Below are positions 10,546-20,518 of a DNA stretch of 64,000 nucleotides, piece by piece. The stretch is from positions 64,001 to 128,000 of the IMG/VR virus record IMGVR_UViG_3300033802_000463, one strand, 5' to 3'. The notes under the pieces were generated by a model that was not told the origin of the DNA, did no database searches, and saw only the letters and a program-made list of their open reading frames with translations. Both the position numbers and the translations under genes were made by a program. The stretch comes from a virus. The first letter of the stretch is position 1. The number at the start of each line of letters is the position of its first letter.

Positions 10546-11325
10546 CTAGCGATATAAAGGCCCATTTAAGTCTCTTGCAATAAAGCCATAGTATTCGACG
10601 ATTGGCATCCCTTGCGCATCCGTTCCAATCCCGTGTTTGATCATGCTGTTAATTTGAACCCCATTTATGGTCTCCACCGTGATATTTGGCGGTTTGCGGC
10701 TGAGACTTGTTGTTGCGAAATTGGGCAGATTCGGATTCATGGCTTCGGATACTGCGCCATAATTGATTTTAATGTCAAACCCGATCGGATCGTGACGGAA
10801 GTACGTACTTGCGCTGGATGACAGCAGATTCTTCTCATCATCTTTCAAACCCCATAATGCCCGCTCATAATCATCGGCAATCTGATCGAAACTCTCTTTT
10901 CCGTACATGCTCAAAATCTCATCGAGCTTATATTTTTTGAAGTCATCCGGTTTGATGACACCTTCTTTTTGAGCGCTTTGCACTGCATACATCACGGCAT
11001 TGGCGTTTTCTAAAATCTGCTGCAGATATCCGACTTGCTTGAAGTTAATGCCAAATGATCCTTGAATCAGTCGGCGACCGCGCGCAACTGCATCAAACGT
11101 ATAAGAAGCATATCCATAGATCGGTAATACTTCTTCCTGCAGCTGAAAATTGAGTGATATGGCCTCATCCACCCAAATATCCCCGAAGAACAAATTCACA
11201 TCTGCACCGGAAAAATAATCCTCCGAAAACAATTGGTATTCCAGCCTTGTGTCCGGCCGTCGATACAAATTTCCTTGCGGAGCCGGTTTCATGCCTCGAA
11301 AGTTACCGTATAAATTGTATGCCAT
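10546..11325 (-). CDS. Tail tube-like virion structural protein (paralog 3)
   Basis: YFSGADV...PIYGY...ARGRRLIQGS motifs shared with 11892-12620. Confidence 0.6.
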   Translation of the reverse strand: MAYNLYGNFRGMKPAPQGNLYRRPDTRLEYQLFSEDYFSGADVNLFFGDIWVDEAISLNFQLQEEVLPIYGYASYTFDAVARGRRLIQGSFGINFKQVGYLQQILENANAVMYAVQSAQKEGVIKPDDFKKYKLDEILSMYGKESFDQIADDYERALWGLKDDEKNLLSSSASTYFRHDPIGFDIKINYGAVSEAMNPNLPNFATTSLSRKPPNITVETINGVQINSMIKHGIGTDAQGMPIVEYYGFIARDLNGPLYR

Positions 11326-11826
11326 TACATACCCGCTCCTTGTCTGATCCTTGTCAAAGGATCAATATCGAGTGCATAAAACTCATAAGTGTTTTCGATC
11401 AAAAGGTTGTTGGCGGACAATACTTTGCCCTCAGTATAGGTGGTGATGCCGTAGATCGTCATCTTGCTTCGCTGCCCATATTCGTTTGCCATACTGATGG
11501 TGACATCAAACATTGGCATTTCATCCATCAGCATTCGATAGCCTTGTGCAGCCACTTCTTCCATCGCCCGATAAACGATTGTCTCATCGAAGACGGTGAA
11601 ACTGAGAATCCCGGTAATTGTCCGCGCGCCGCGGGTAAATCCTTTCATGGTATGGCGACCGAGCGCTCGAACAGGATATTTTTCTCTGAATACGGAATAC
11701 GAAATCGTTGACAGCTCGCCAAATACAACCGGACCTTGGCCTGGAATATTTAACGTCGCAACCATGTCGGTTCCGCCATAACTGGTGAATGTTCGCATGT
11801 ATTCGCTCGGCATGATTCTTGCCATG
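11325..11826 (-). CDS. Tail tube-like virion structural protein (paralog 2)
   Basis: TFTSYGGTDMVAT...GELSTISYSV...RGARTITGILSFT...ISMANEYGQ; clear paralog of 11892-12620. Confidence 0.65.
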
Positions 11827-11891
11827 ATTCTCACCTCTTTCCGGTATGTAAAATGGGACAGCCGTACAGCTGCCCCATTGAAATTGGCGGC

Positions 11892-12620
11892 TTATGCGAA
11901 CAAGTTTTTGAAGTAGTTCCCAACCGTCCCGTTGTAGGAGTCTTCGCCGGAGTTGCGGAGGTTCTCCTTTGGCGTAACTCCTTTGATCTTGCGGGCAACC
12001 CAAGTATATGCTTTTGCCGAAACGACATCATCAACAGAGAATCCGGAACCTTCGTTCAAAATTTGAACGCCATAGATCTCCATGCCTGCACGTTGGCCGA
12101 ACTCGTTTGCCATCGAGATCGAGATATTGAACGGCATCAATTGGTCTGCATACTCCGGAGTATAAAACCCGGTAATTGCAGCATCATTGAACTGACCTTC
12201 GCCTTGAACGTTCGCATAACCCAATTGCGTCATCACATCATCCCAGGCTCTTACGCCGTAGCCGCGCTCGGTCCCCTTGAGTCCTGAGAGGATCGCATTC
12301 TCGTATGGATCCATATTGGCGACAAATTGCTGGAATGTTTGCATGATCGGCGCGCCCTGATATTGCTTTTTCATTTCATCCATCAATGCATCGCGGTCAA
12401 ACTGGGTGAAAATCAGTGAACCGCTGATTCCCCTTTTGCCGCGGCTAAAGCTTCTTGGATCCGGAGAACCCATCGTGTAAATTGGGGCCACTTCACGGAC
12501 AACTGAATAGCTGATGGCTTGCAATTCGCCAATCACCCGGCCGTTAAAGGTTGCCACAATATCCGCTCCGGAAAAAGAACTGAACGTTCGAGTATATCCT
12601 TCCATGTTCGGTCCAGCCAT
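11892..12620 (-). CDS. Tail tube protein
   Basis: Immediately downstream of the sheath; TFSSFSGADIVATF...GELQAISYSV...SRGKRGISGSLIFT. Confidence 0.7.
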   Translation of the reverse strand: MAGPNMEGYTRTFSSFSGADIVATFNGRVIGELQAISYSVVREVAPIYTMGSPDPRSFSRGKRGISGSLIFTQFDRDALMDEMKKQYQGAPIMQTFQQFVANMDPYENAILSGLKGTERGYGVRAWDDVMTQLGYANVQGEGQFNDAAITGFYTPEYADQLMPFNISISMANEFGQRAGMEIYGVQILNEGSGFSVDDVVSAKAYTWVARKIKGVTPKENLRNSGEDSYNGTVGNYFKNLFA

Positions 12621-12716
12621 AATGATTTCACTCCTTTGGTTTAATTCATGCGGGAGCTCTACAGCCCCCGCATGGTTGTATCATTTTGGTGTTGTTTATT
12701 AAACTAAACCAAACCT

Positions 12717-15515
12717 TTAGGAAGCTTTCAGCACAACTGAGGTCAAGAACTTCCTCGTTTCAAATTGCGGCACAAGCTCCAGCGTGACAAATGCATTGCC
12801 AAGCACGGCATCTTGTACAGAGCTGTAGATCGTGAACTTGAAGCGCTGAATGACACCAAGCTCCTTCAGGCGATCCAGTCCTGCCTGGATTTCGGCCGAC
12901 AGCGCATTTCGCTGTGCCAGACCATTTGGCAATCCGATGAACGGGTCAGCCTTTTTGCGGATGAGTTGAACCGCTGTGTGCGTGATTCGGAGCGTGGAAA
13001 GACGAGTGTAATCCGAAGTCGGGCTTGCTGCCGTGATGCCGTCTTTTACCACAAACCGAGATGAGTTCCCGGCATTGCCGCCGAAAATCTTACGGTCAAA
13101 CGTCACGTATCGACCGCCTACAAGCTGATTGTGCTGCGCTTCCGACAAAATGTAACGGAGTCCGGTCACTGAATCCAATGCTTGGTTCGTAGTTGCCACT
13201 TCCGGATTCAATGTCGTAATCAGAGCGCCGTAGATTGTTGCCCCGCTCGTAACATAATTGCCGAGCTTGTCGCTCGATTGGCCAATCTCAGGTCCGAACA
13301 AAACGCTGATATAGCGGCCGACATCAATTCGATTGCCTTCATCATCCAGGACATATTCGAAGTTGGCCTCGTTGTACATGTAGTGTTCGTTCGTATAATC
13401 CAGGCGGATACCTTGCTCTTTGTACAAAGCTTGCCGGTCATCGCTGAGGCTTTGCGGCGAGATGGCGCCCGTCAGCAAATCTACGTACTCTTGTACGGCC
13501 ACCAGGCTGGAATCCAGAGCCGGTGCGACGCCGATTACCCCGATGGTCTCCCACGTTTTGGCCGTGACCACCGCGCAGTGTTGTGCCAGCTGTGTTGCGA
13601 AGTTCTTGTTCGGCTGCTCGCTATCAACAACCGTGTTTGCATAAGCATCCAACAGCACGATAACATCCACGACATAGTTCTCCAAGCTGGAGTAGATGCC
13701 TTGCTTAACCAGCTTGGTTTCACCCTTCGCATTTTGTTCGTATACGCCGCCCAGTTTTTCAAACAGCTTTTTCATGTCCTCTTCTTTGGTAACATCGAAA
13801 ATGCCGTCTTGGCCAAGCCACGGATAACGTTCAGGCGTATGCTGCGGAGCCGAAGGATCTTCTTTCAGGACACTCGGTGCCTCTTGTCCAAGATAGACTG
13901 CTTCCGGAATAGCCCCTTCGCCGGTTTGCAGCAATCCTTTAATCGGTACACTGCCAAATGCGTTGTCGCAAGACAAGTACACGATATTGTTCATCGGGTC
14001 ATTGTTGACATGCTTGATGAACTCGCGCATCGTGCGCACTTTGACTTTTGCCAGATCAGCCGTCTTGTACACCAATGCTTCATCCGATGCATACAGTTTC
14101 TTTTCTTCCGGTTTGAAGAACGTGATAATCTTTTCATTGTCAGCCGCATGCTCCGGATCGATTTCAACTTTCACGGATACACCGCGAATAGATTCGGGAT
14201 CATAAATATCCGTCAGGCTGCCGTAAATGGAACCCGGATATTTCCCTTCAACGACCAGTTTCGGATCCTGCACAGTGCTCGCCGAAGTCTTATAGGAAGC
14301 AAACAATTGCGCTCCGACCGGAACCGCACCGGCAAATACCGTCACTTTCTTGTTGATCGCGCTGTAAGAGAAATCAACGCCTTCAACAAGCTCGTATTTG
14401 TTTGTGCCAACCATGTAGTAGACCTTGAAATTTTCCGCTTGCGGCGTGTAGTTCAGGTCATACTCGGCATCAACACCCGGGATTCGCTCCGTCACTGAAT
14501 TTTCATTGATCAGCGACGTATACCAGGCATATTCCACCATGACCTGCACGTTGCCGGTAATGCTTGGATACGTCCCTTTTGCCACTTCTGCATCATAAGC
14601 AGCTGTGAAGAAAATTCCGCCGTCCGCATAATCTTGATCAGACCATGGATCTCTCAGCGGATCCGCCACTTGACCTTTACCCACGCGATAGATATACTCG
14701 CCGGTCGGCGTCATAGATGGAATGGTATACACTTCATTATTCGTCAGGTCTTTCACCACGACGGTTGGGATATGGCCGCTTTCCAGCTTATTGGACCAAT
14801 TGCGGCGAGACGAATAGAAGTAGTGCGTATTCACGGTGTCCCGTGTCAGCGTATAGTCCGGATCGCTGTAGTCCGGGATGTCGCCTGAATCTCTCTTCGG
14901 AACCAGCGTATAGCTTCTGGTTTCGTAATTGTAGGTCACTTTAACATCATCCATCGGCCGCATTTTATTGGCATAAAAGTAAGCCTTCTCTTGGCCGGGC
15001 GTGCGATCCACATAATCCAGGGCATTCGCAATAACCGTCGAATTGTTTTCCTTGTCGATCGCTTCGATCTTTGTAATTTCAACGAGCTCACCTCCGGCCG
15101 GAACATTCAGATTCACGCTAAACGCCGTGTTGCCGCCCGCATAATCAAGGAACTGCTCCATGTTGCGCGCAATATCTTTGGCCTTCAGTTCCGTCCGCGC
15201 GGATACGCCATCGATGCGCAGCAAACGAACATCTTCGTTGCCGGCGCGAATCGCTTCATACATGCCACGAATCAGGCTTGCTCTGACCGGTTCTTTCGTT
15301 CTGCGGTCCACCAGTCCGCCGAACAGTTTTTCAGCGGATTTGATGCCGATATCACGAACCGAGATCGGTTCTCCTACAGGACCATCCACCGCACTGCCAA
15401 TGAGCAAAATCGATTGCGTATTTGCTGCAAGGCGCTGATCACCAGCATAAAGATTCCCATCTTCATAAGTGACTTTGACACCAGGGAGATTTTGATACTT
15501 CTCTGTCTGTGCCAT
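12717..15515 (-). CDS. Tail sheath protein
   Basis: N-terminal LPGVKV and LLIGSAVDGPVGEP; C-terminal YTRLSTLRI...PFIGLPN...LELVPQFE. This is typical sheath architecture. Confidence 0.85.
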   Translation of the reverse strand: MAQTEKYQNLPGVKVTYEDGNLYAGDQRLAANTQSILLIGSAVDGPVGEPISVRDIGIKSAEKLFGGLVDRRTKEPVRASLIRGMYEAIRAGNEDVRLLRIDGVSARTELKAKDIARNMEQFLDYAGGNTAFSVNLNVPAGGELVEITKIEAIDKENNSTVIANALDYVDRTPGQEKAYFYANKMRPMDDVKVTYNYETRSYTLVPKRDSGDIPDYSDPDYTLTRDTVNTHYFYSSRRNWSNKLESGHIPTVVVKDLTNNEVYTIPSMTPTGEYIYRVGKGQVADPLRDPWSDQDYADGGIFFTAAYDAEVAKGTYPSITGNVQVMVEYAWYTSLINENSVTERIPGVDAEYDLNYTPQAENFKVYYMVGTNKYELVEGVDFSYSAINKKVTVFAGAVPVGAQLFASYKTSASTVQDPKLVVEGKYPGSIYGSLTDIYDPESIRGVSVKVEIDPEHAADNEKIITFFKPEEKKLYASDEALVYKTADLAKVKVRTMREFIKHVNNDPMNNIVYLSCDNAFGSVPIKGLLQTGEGAIPEAVYLGQEAPSVLKEDPSAPQHTPERYPWLGQDGIFDVTKEEDMKKLFEKLGGVYEQNAKGETKLVKQGIYSSLENYVVDVIVLLDAYANTVVDSEQPNKNFATQLAQHCAVVTAKTWETIGVIGVAPALDSSLVAVQEYVDLLTGAISPQSLSDDRQALYKEQGIRLDYTNEHYMYNEANFEYVLDDEGNRIDVGRYISVLFGPEIGQSSDKLGNYVTSGATIYGALITTLNPEVATTNQALDSVTGLRYILSEAQHNQLVGGRYVTFDRKIFGGNAGNSSRFVVKDGITAASPTSDYTRLSTLRITHTAVQLIRKKADPFIGLPNGLAQRNALSAEIQAGLDRLKELGVIQRFKFTIYSSVQDAVLGNAFVTLELVPQFETRKFLTSVVLKAS

Positions 15516-15533
15516 GTTTTTCTCCTCCTTTAA

Positions 15534-16142
15534 TTAAGCTTGGGGCTTGACTGCTTTTGCTTGAGCAAGGATCTGCTCAATTTGATTTAGGAATACAGGG
15601 GTGACTTTTTCAAACCGCATTGTATATTGGATCGGCCTAACGGCAATTGGGAACCGATAGTCCGTGATCACCTTATCAGATTCTTGGGCGTAAAAAAGCA
15701 TTTCTTGAACACCGTTTCGCTTGAAATAGCCTTTATACATCTGAATAAAGTCATCAAGCTCATCTACGATGTAATCCGCATCTTCTGCGGACGTGGAATA
15801 AACGGTAAACTCCACCCAAACATCAAAAATTTGACCATAGAGTTGAACATATTGATCTGGAACATAAGGATGACGAATCGTTGTTCGAATCCTTGGTTTA
15901 ATATCCTTGAAATCCTGATTCACCAGGCGCCGCAAAATCTTGAATGTAATCAAAGGAAATTCAGCTTCATCATCCAATGGTGTGTCCCGCTTAATGATTC
16001 CAGGCTTGCCAGCCAACTTCCATAGTCGATTCAGATCGTCAATGAAGCTTAGGAATGTGGCGGCTTTTTCCGATCGGAGCCGAGCATCAAGGTAAGGATC
16101 TTGCTCCGGATCATAGCCGTCTGCATAGATTTCCTGATTCAT
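15534..16142 (-). CDS. Putative tail terminator/neck protein
   Basis: Position upstream of the sheath; FPLITF...FDVWVEFTVYSTSAEDAD. Confidence 0.45.
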   Translation of the reverse strand: MNQEIYADGYDPEQDPYLDARLRSEKAATFLSFIDDLNRLWKLAGKPGIIKRDTPLDDEAEFPLITFKILRRLVNQDFKDIKPRIRTTIRHPYVPDQYVQLYGQIFDVWVEFTVYSTSAEDADYIVDELDDFIQMYKGYFKRNGVQEMLFYAQESDKVITDYRFPIAVRPIQYTMRFEKVTPVFLNQIEQILAQAKAVKPQA

Positions 16143-17173
16143 CTTCTCACCCTCACTTGTACCGTAGAACTCATGCGATACACCGAAAATATAGGCACAA
16201 TCTCAATATCGGTGCGCATATAAGGACCATCAGCATAGACTTCAAAAGTTCCAGATGTAATGCGATTCAAATCAATATAAGATTGAATCGTACTTGCAGC
16301 AATGAGCCGCAAATCCTCAAGAACAGGAATATATCCAACGCGCCCCACCAAAAGATCCTGCTTCTCGGCAATCTCTTGAATAAGCCATTGTGCGATTCGA
16401 AAATTCGCAATGTGCTTATGCGCACTGCCTGGTGTGGAGACCGCACAGCTTGATGTTGCACATACAACGCCTTTCTTGAATGTTTTTTTGAAACACACAA
16501 TTCCGGCCGCACCAAGCTCATCTATTTCTTTATTGCTATATTCGGTTGCGAGTTCTACATCAAGAGTTTTATTAACAGGACTGATTTCAGGATTCAGTGA
16601 AGACAAGAACCCGGCATATACCGCGGCAGCTTTCTTCTCCTTCATCTGATCAGCAACGACGGAAAGATATTTTCCTTGCTCCTCGATGCCATCTTCAACA
16701 GGAACTGACAATTTCATGATTGGAATATATAACTCCCGAAGGTTGTCCATTTCCTTTGATCCAGCATCGAAAAAACCATGGATGAGCTGCCCCATCTCCT
16801 CTTTTTCTTTGGCGAACGCAATAAACGATGAAATCAGCGAACCTGCTTCTGAAAAAGTGAGCCCATCATTGTAAATCAGGTCGAATGGAAATTTAATCAG
16901 ATAACCCCATGCTTTTTGAAAAGCATTTGGTTCAATCCTCATCAGATAAACCCCAGAACTGTTGCCGGCAGCCACATCATTCAGACGATCGATCAGCGGA
17001 CCAGAGCCAAATACTGCCTTGGCAATCTCTACATTAGAGATGGGAATTGGGTTGTATAATTCGCCTTGGGTTGACTCGCCAAGAAGCACAAGTCGCTTTC
17101 CTGTCGGCAAATACGTGGAGAAGTAGCTGTTTGGCAACTGGATATACTCAATGCTCTGTGAGGGCTGCATCAT
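16139..17173 (-). CDS. Short sheath-like paralog
   Basis: LVLLGESTQGELYNPIPI...AKAVFGSG and C-terminal IANFRI...IEIVPIF mirror the N- and C-termini of the main sheath. Confidence 0.6.
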   Translation of the reverse strand: MMQPSQSIEYIQLPNSYFSTYLPTGKRLVLLGESTQGELYNPIPISNVEIAKAVFGSGPLIDRLNDVAAGNSSGVYLMRIEPNAFQKAWGYLIKFPFDLIYNDGLTFSEAGSLISSFIAFAKEKEEMGQLIHGFFDAGSKEMDNLRELYIPIMKLSVPVEDGIEEQGKYLSVVADQMKEKKAAAVYAGFLSSLNPEISPVNKTLDVELATEYSNKEIDELGAAGIVCFKKTFKKGVVCATSSCAVSTPGSAHKHIANFRIAQWLIQEIAEKQDLLVGRVGYIPVLEDLRLIAASTIQSYIDLNRITSGTFEVYADGPYMRTDIEIVPIFSVYRMSSTVQVRVRR

Positions 17174-17630
17174 CTTCACTACCTTTGTAGATCGACCGTG
17201 TATACACCTGATAAAATTCGACCCGACCATTCTTCCCTCGCTTCACTGCTGAATAACTAATTTCCTGTTTATCCAAAATGCGAATCGGGTTGTTTCCTTT
17301 CCATTCAATTTCGAGGATCAAATCGTTATCTTTTGGGTTCACATCATGCTCGAAATAGTAGATGTATGCTTTGGGAACCAGTCGGCCCGCCGGCGTCCCC
17401 TGGTTCACCCCTGAAAGCGTCATCGGCTCTGAATTGGGTCTTCGGAACGTTCGGATCTTATGAATGGTCACGCAATAACCGGTCCCGTAGCATTTGGGGC
17501 ATCCACCTCCAGACTCCCCGCTTCTTTCCACATAACATTCGCATCGAAACCTTATGTCACGCCTTACATAGATCACCGGATAACCGACTTGATCCAGAAG
17601 CTTGGCAAGATCAGCGCGCAAATCACGCAT
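17148..17630 (-). CDS. Head-tail joining/closure protein (Cys-containing)
   Basis: CEC...CPKCYGTGY; located in the neck cluster. Confidence 0.45.
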   Translation of the reverse strand: MRDLRADLAKLLDQVGYPVIYVRRDIRFRCECYVERSGESGGGCPKCYGTGYCVTIHKIRTFRRPNSEPMTLSGVNQGTPAGRLVPKAYIYYFEHDVNPKDNDLILEIEWKGNNPIRILDKQEISYSAVKRGKNGRVEFYQVYTRSIYKGSEDDAALTEH

Positions 17631-18424
17631 CAGAATCCACCCCTATCATCTGGCGTTACCGTGTTTCTTCGGAATCCAGCAGAAATCGGAGCTGCGTATC
17701 CACGGCGATCACGGTTCATCAAATGATCCGTCCAGTATTTCGTTTGCAATTCCACTTCATTCATCATGGCCTTAATCGCATCCAAGACCCCGGCCCCGAT
17801 CAGCTTCGGATCCGCTTTCTCGGAAACGCTCAAATCGCCAAGTGAAGTCATCAGTTCGCTGGAAATACTGAACTCAGGATCGCCAAGTTTCATTTTCTCA
17901 GCAAGCCGAATGTAGAGCGTTCCAAGCAAAAATCTGGCTGCCTCATAAGGCACATATCGCGTGACACCAAAATATTCGGTCCTTGAATCCAGGAGCGGCC
18001 GAAAACGCGGACTATTCACGTCAGGATGCATATTCAGAAGCACATAAGCCTTTTGTCCGGCGTCTCGAAGCGCAACATACACTTCATGAATCGTAAAATA
18101 ATCACACAAACTCTTCATGATGTTTTGCACTTCAAGGAGCTGGTTGCCAAAAAGAGGACCATACTGACTGGTAAAGATCTTCTTGATCTTTTCCTTCGGG
18201 CTTAGTCCAGATTCTGACTTCACAGATGTATCTACAACAACCGTATAGGTATGGTTGTACTGGAAGCCGTCTCTTGGCCTGAAAACCAGTTTCCTTGCCT
18301 TAACATCGGACAGCTTTGCATCCTCTAAAGTCATTCTTGTGCCATCTGCGGTTTCCACATAAATAGTGCCCGGCATTCCATATACTGCAGAAGGTGTGAA
18401 TGATTCAACAGGAATATTTAACAT
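17630..18424 (-). CDS. Neck/head-tail adaptor-like protein with N-terminal Ig-like segment
   Basis: GGAGGTG RBS before ATG 18424; FRPRDGFQYNHTYTVVVD is Ig-like. Confidence 0.45.
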   Translation of the reverse strand: MLNIPVESFTPSAVYGMPGTIYVETADGTRMTLEDAKLSDVKARKLVFRPRDGFQYNHTYTVVVDTSVKSESGLSPKEKIKKIFTSQYGPLFGNQLLEVQNIMKSLCDYFTIHEVYVALRDAGQKAYVLLNMHPDVNSPRFRPLLDSRTEYFGVTRYVPYEAARFLLGTLYIRLAEKMKLGDPEFSISSELMTSLGDLSVSEKADPKLIGAGVLDAIKAMMNEVELQTKYWTDHLMNRDRRGYAAPISAGFRRNTVTPDDRGGF

Positions 18425-18755
18425 ACTGCCATCACCTCCCATGAAATTTCGGCTTGAATCTTTTGGCGATGGCGATGTAATCACCGGGCAAAAACATAAA
18501 AACAGCCTGAAAGCAGATTCTTTGGCCTGTTTCTTCCAGTGTAACACGCGCAACGCCATAATGACTATTTTCATCAAAATAATTCAAGGGATACCGTACA
18601 TGCAAAATCATTGGAATCACAGCAATATCCTAGCTTTAGTCAATAATTCTAAAATAATCATTGAGTTTTTGCTGTATTCTCGAACGATTTCACTGCACCA
18701 TCACCCTTCTTCATCGTTATGTAACGCTCTCCAAAACACTTGGAGAGCATAATTG

Positions 18756-19667
18756 TTAATTCCTTTGAGCTATGACATAAAAGCTGCTGCTGTTAATGGT
18801 GGACAGATCCAGATCGTCATCAAACTCAACCACGATCTCAGTTAACGGATTATTCGTGATGTCATACGAGATAGGAACGTTCACTTCCTGATCGGCCGGC
18901 GTCATTGAAACAACGTTGAGTGATTCCTCTTCTTCTTCTGAGCCGCCAAGTTCATCTTTGATCTGTTCCAACTCCTCATCGAGACCATCCGAACAACCCG
19001 GATCGGATCCATTTGGAGGCTCAGGATCTGGATGTTGATGCTGTGAGGATTTCTCCACATAGAACTGGATCGGCTTGGAGTACGAACTTTTCTCTCCGCT
19101 GTGATTCACCGTGCGGATACGTGCATAATAGTTGCCAGGCTCATAAGAAATATCGGGAGTTACTTGTGTCTCATAAACGCGTGATTCGCCCCGCGGCCAT
19201 ACCAACACATCAAATGTATTGCTCCGAGAAATCTCCAACTCATAGAAGTAAGCTTTTTCTGCCGCATTCCAGGCAAACGACACAGGACCGGTCAAGGAGG
19301 TTTGATGTGCAGGAGCGGTAAGTACCGGCGGCTTAATGTGATCAACGTCGGCAGTATAAAACTCAAAAAGATAGGATTGTTCAAGGAACCGGCCAGTAAT
19401 ATCCTTAATCCCGTTCTTACCCCCAACAAGCTCAATCTGATAGTGCGTATTTGGACTAAGCTTGTTTTCGGGCTTAATCAGGAGAACTTTATTCCGGTAT
19501 TCAAGTGTAATCGATTCGCTTCTTTGCTCTTCGACATTAAGCAAGATCACATTTTGCGGCAAAATGGTATCTGTAACAATGTCGATGACAAAGTAAATCT
19601 CTATCGTAACATCTTGCGGGACGGCCACCGCGAGATGATTGGGAAAAGTTCTTAATACGAACTTCAT
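18756..19667 (-). CDS. Ig-like (Big_5-type)/FN3-like virion protein
   Basis: LLIKPENKLSPNTHYQIEL...GIKDITG; FAWNAAEKAYFYELEIS...YYARIR. Confidence 0.6.
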   Translation of the reverse strand: MKFVLRTFPNHLAVAVPQDVTIEIYFVIDIVTDTILPQNVILLNVEEQRSESITLEYRNKVLLIKPENKLSPNTHYQIELVGGKNGIKDITGRFLEQSYLFEFYTADVDHIKPPVLTAPAHQTSLTGPVSFAWNAAEKAYFYELEISRSNTFDVLVWPRGESRVYETQVTPDISYEPGNYYARIRTVNHSGEKSSYSKPIQFYVEKSSQHQHPDPEPPNGSDPGCSDGLDEELEQIKDELGGSEEEEESLNVVSMTPADQEVNVPISYDITNNPLTEIVVEFDDDLDLSTINSSSFYVIAQRN

Positions 19668-19975
19668 TGCTGCGGATCCATGGTTTTATAGTTTACGACG
19701 ATCACCGCACGATCAGATGGCGCTTCAGCAAAGACAATGACCTTTCCATTGATCACATAGTCTTTATCTACGCCACGCATCATGAACATGCCGTCTTTGA
19801 AGATTTGTTCACTTTGCGGGATCGGCGTGTTACTCAAAACAAATTGCTTATTTTCGCCGTCTTTTACACCCATTGGCTCTTCCTGGCTGATCTGACGGGT
19901 GCCTGAAAACTCTGGCATAACGCCAATTTTCACACGATACTGCGGGAACCTATCATGCTGAACGACTCTTGCCAT
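19664..19975 (-). CDS. Small structural protein
   Basis: GVKDGENKQFVL...DYVINGKVIVFAEAP is a beta-rich module also present in 22305-24401. Confidence 0.5.
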   Translation of the reverse strand: MARVVQHDRFPQYRVKIGVMPEFSGTRQISQEEPMGVKDGENKQFVLSNTPIPQSEQIFKDGMFMMRGVDKDYVINGKVIVFAEAPSDRAVIVVNYKTMDPQQ

Positions 19976-19987
19976 ATCCTTCCCTCC

Positions 19988-20500
19988 CTATTTCCACTGT
20001 ACGCAGAAATCGTAAACAACCGGCCGAACTGTTCCTTTATACAAGCAATCGACCTTGATCTGAAGAAATTTGGTCGGCGCCGGCAAATAAATGGGTTCGT
20101 CCAAATTGCACGGAATCCATGGGCCGGCCGACCCTGTTCGATAATTGAATTGGACCTTCGCATCATTGGCCGGATCTTCTTCAATATTGCCGTACAGGTA
20201 AATTTCGCTTGTTGGAGCAGGCAGTTCCAAGAGGGTAGTGATCCAAGAGTCGGCATTAATCGAGTACGACAGTGGGTTTAGCACTGCCGTACTCGACGGA
20301 TCGCGACGACTCGTATCGATGAAGGGTTCGGCGAAGTACATTTGATAAGGCGACACCATCAGCAACATGTCATAGCGCTCATACATGGTTTTGAGCTTGA
20401 TCGCTTGTGAGATGTTGGATTGCATGGTATTCAGATGGAAGTCATGCAATACCTGGCCATCCAGAAAGCTGATCCGCTTCATGTAGTTGCCTGTTGCCAT
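19988..20500 (-). CDS. Hypothetical virion protein
   Basis: RBS GGTGAAGG; coupled within the structural operon. Confidence 0.5.
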   Translation of the reverse strand: MATGNYMKRISFLDGQVLHDFHLNTMQSNISQAIKLKTMYERYDMLLMVSPYQMYFAEPFIDTSRRDPSSTAVLNPLSYSINADSWITTLLELPAPTSEIYLYGNIEEDPANDAKVQFNYRTGSAGPWIPCNLDEPIYLPAPTKFLQIKVDCLYKGTVRPVVYDFCVQWK

Positions 20501-20518
20501 TATCCTTCACCGCCTATC

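Noticed and set aside
18432-18700. Small gene between the Ig-like and adaptor genes
   Set aside because: In-frame stops upstream and no clear RBS; possibly a remnant, so not called.
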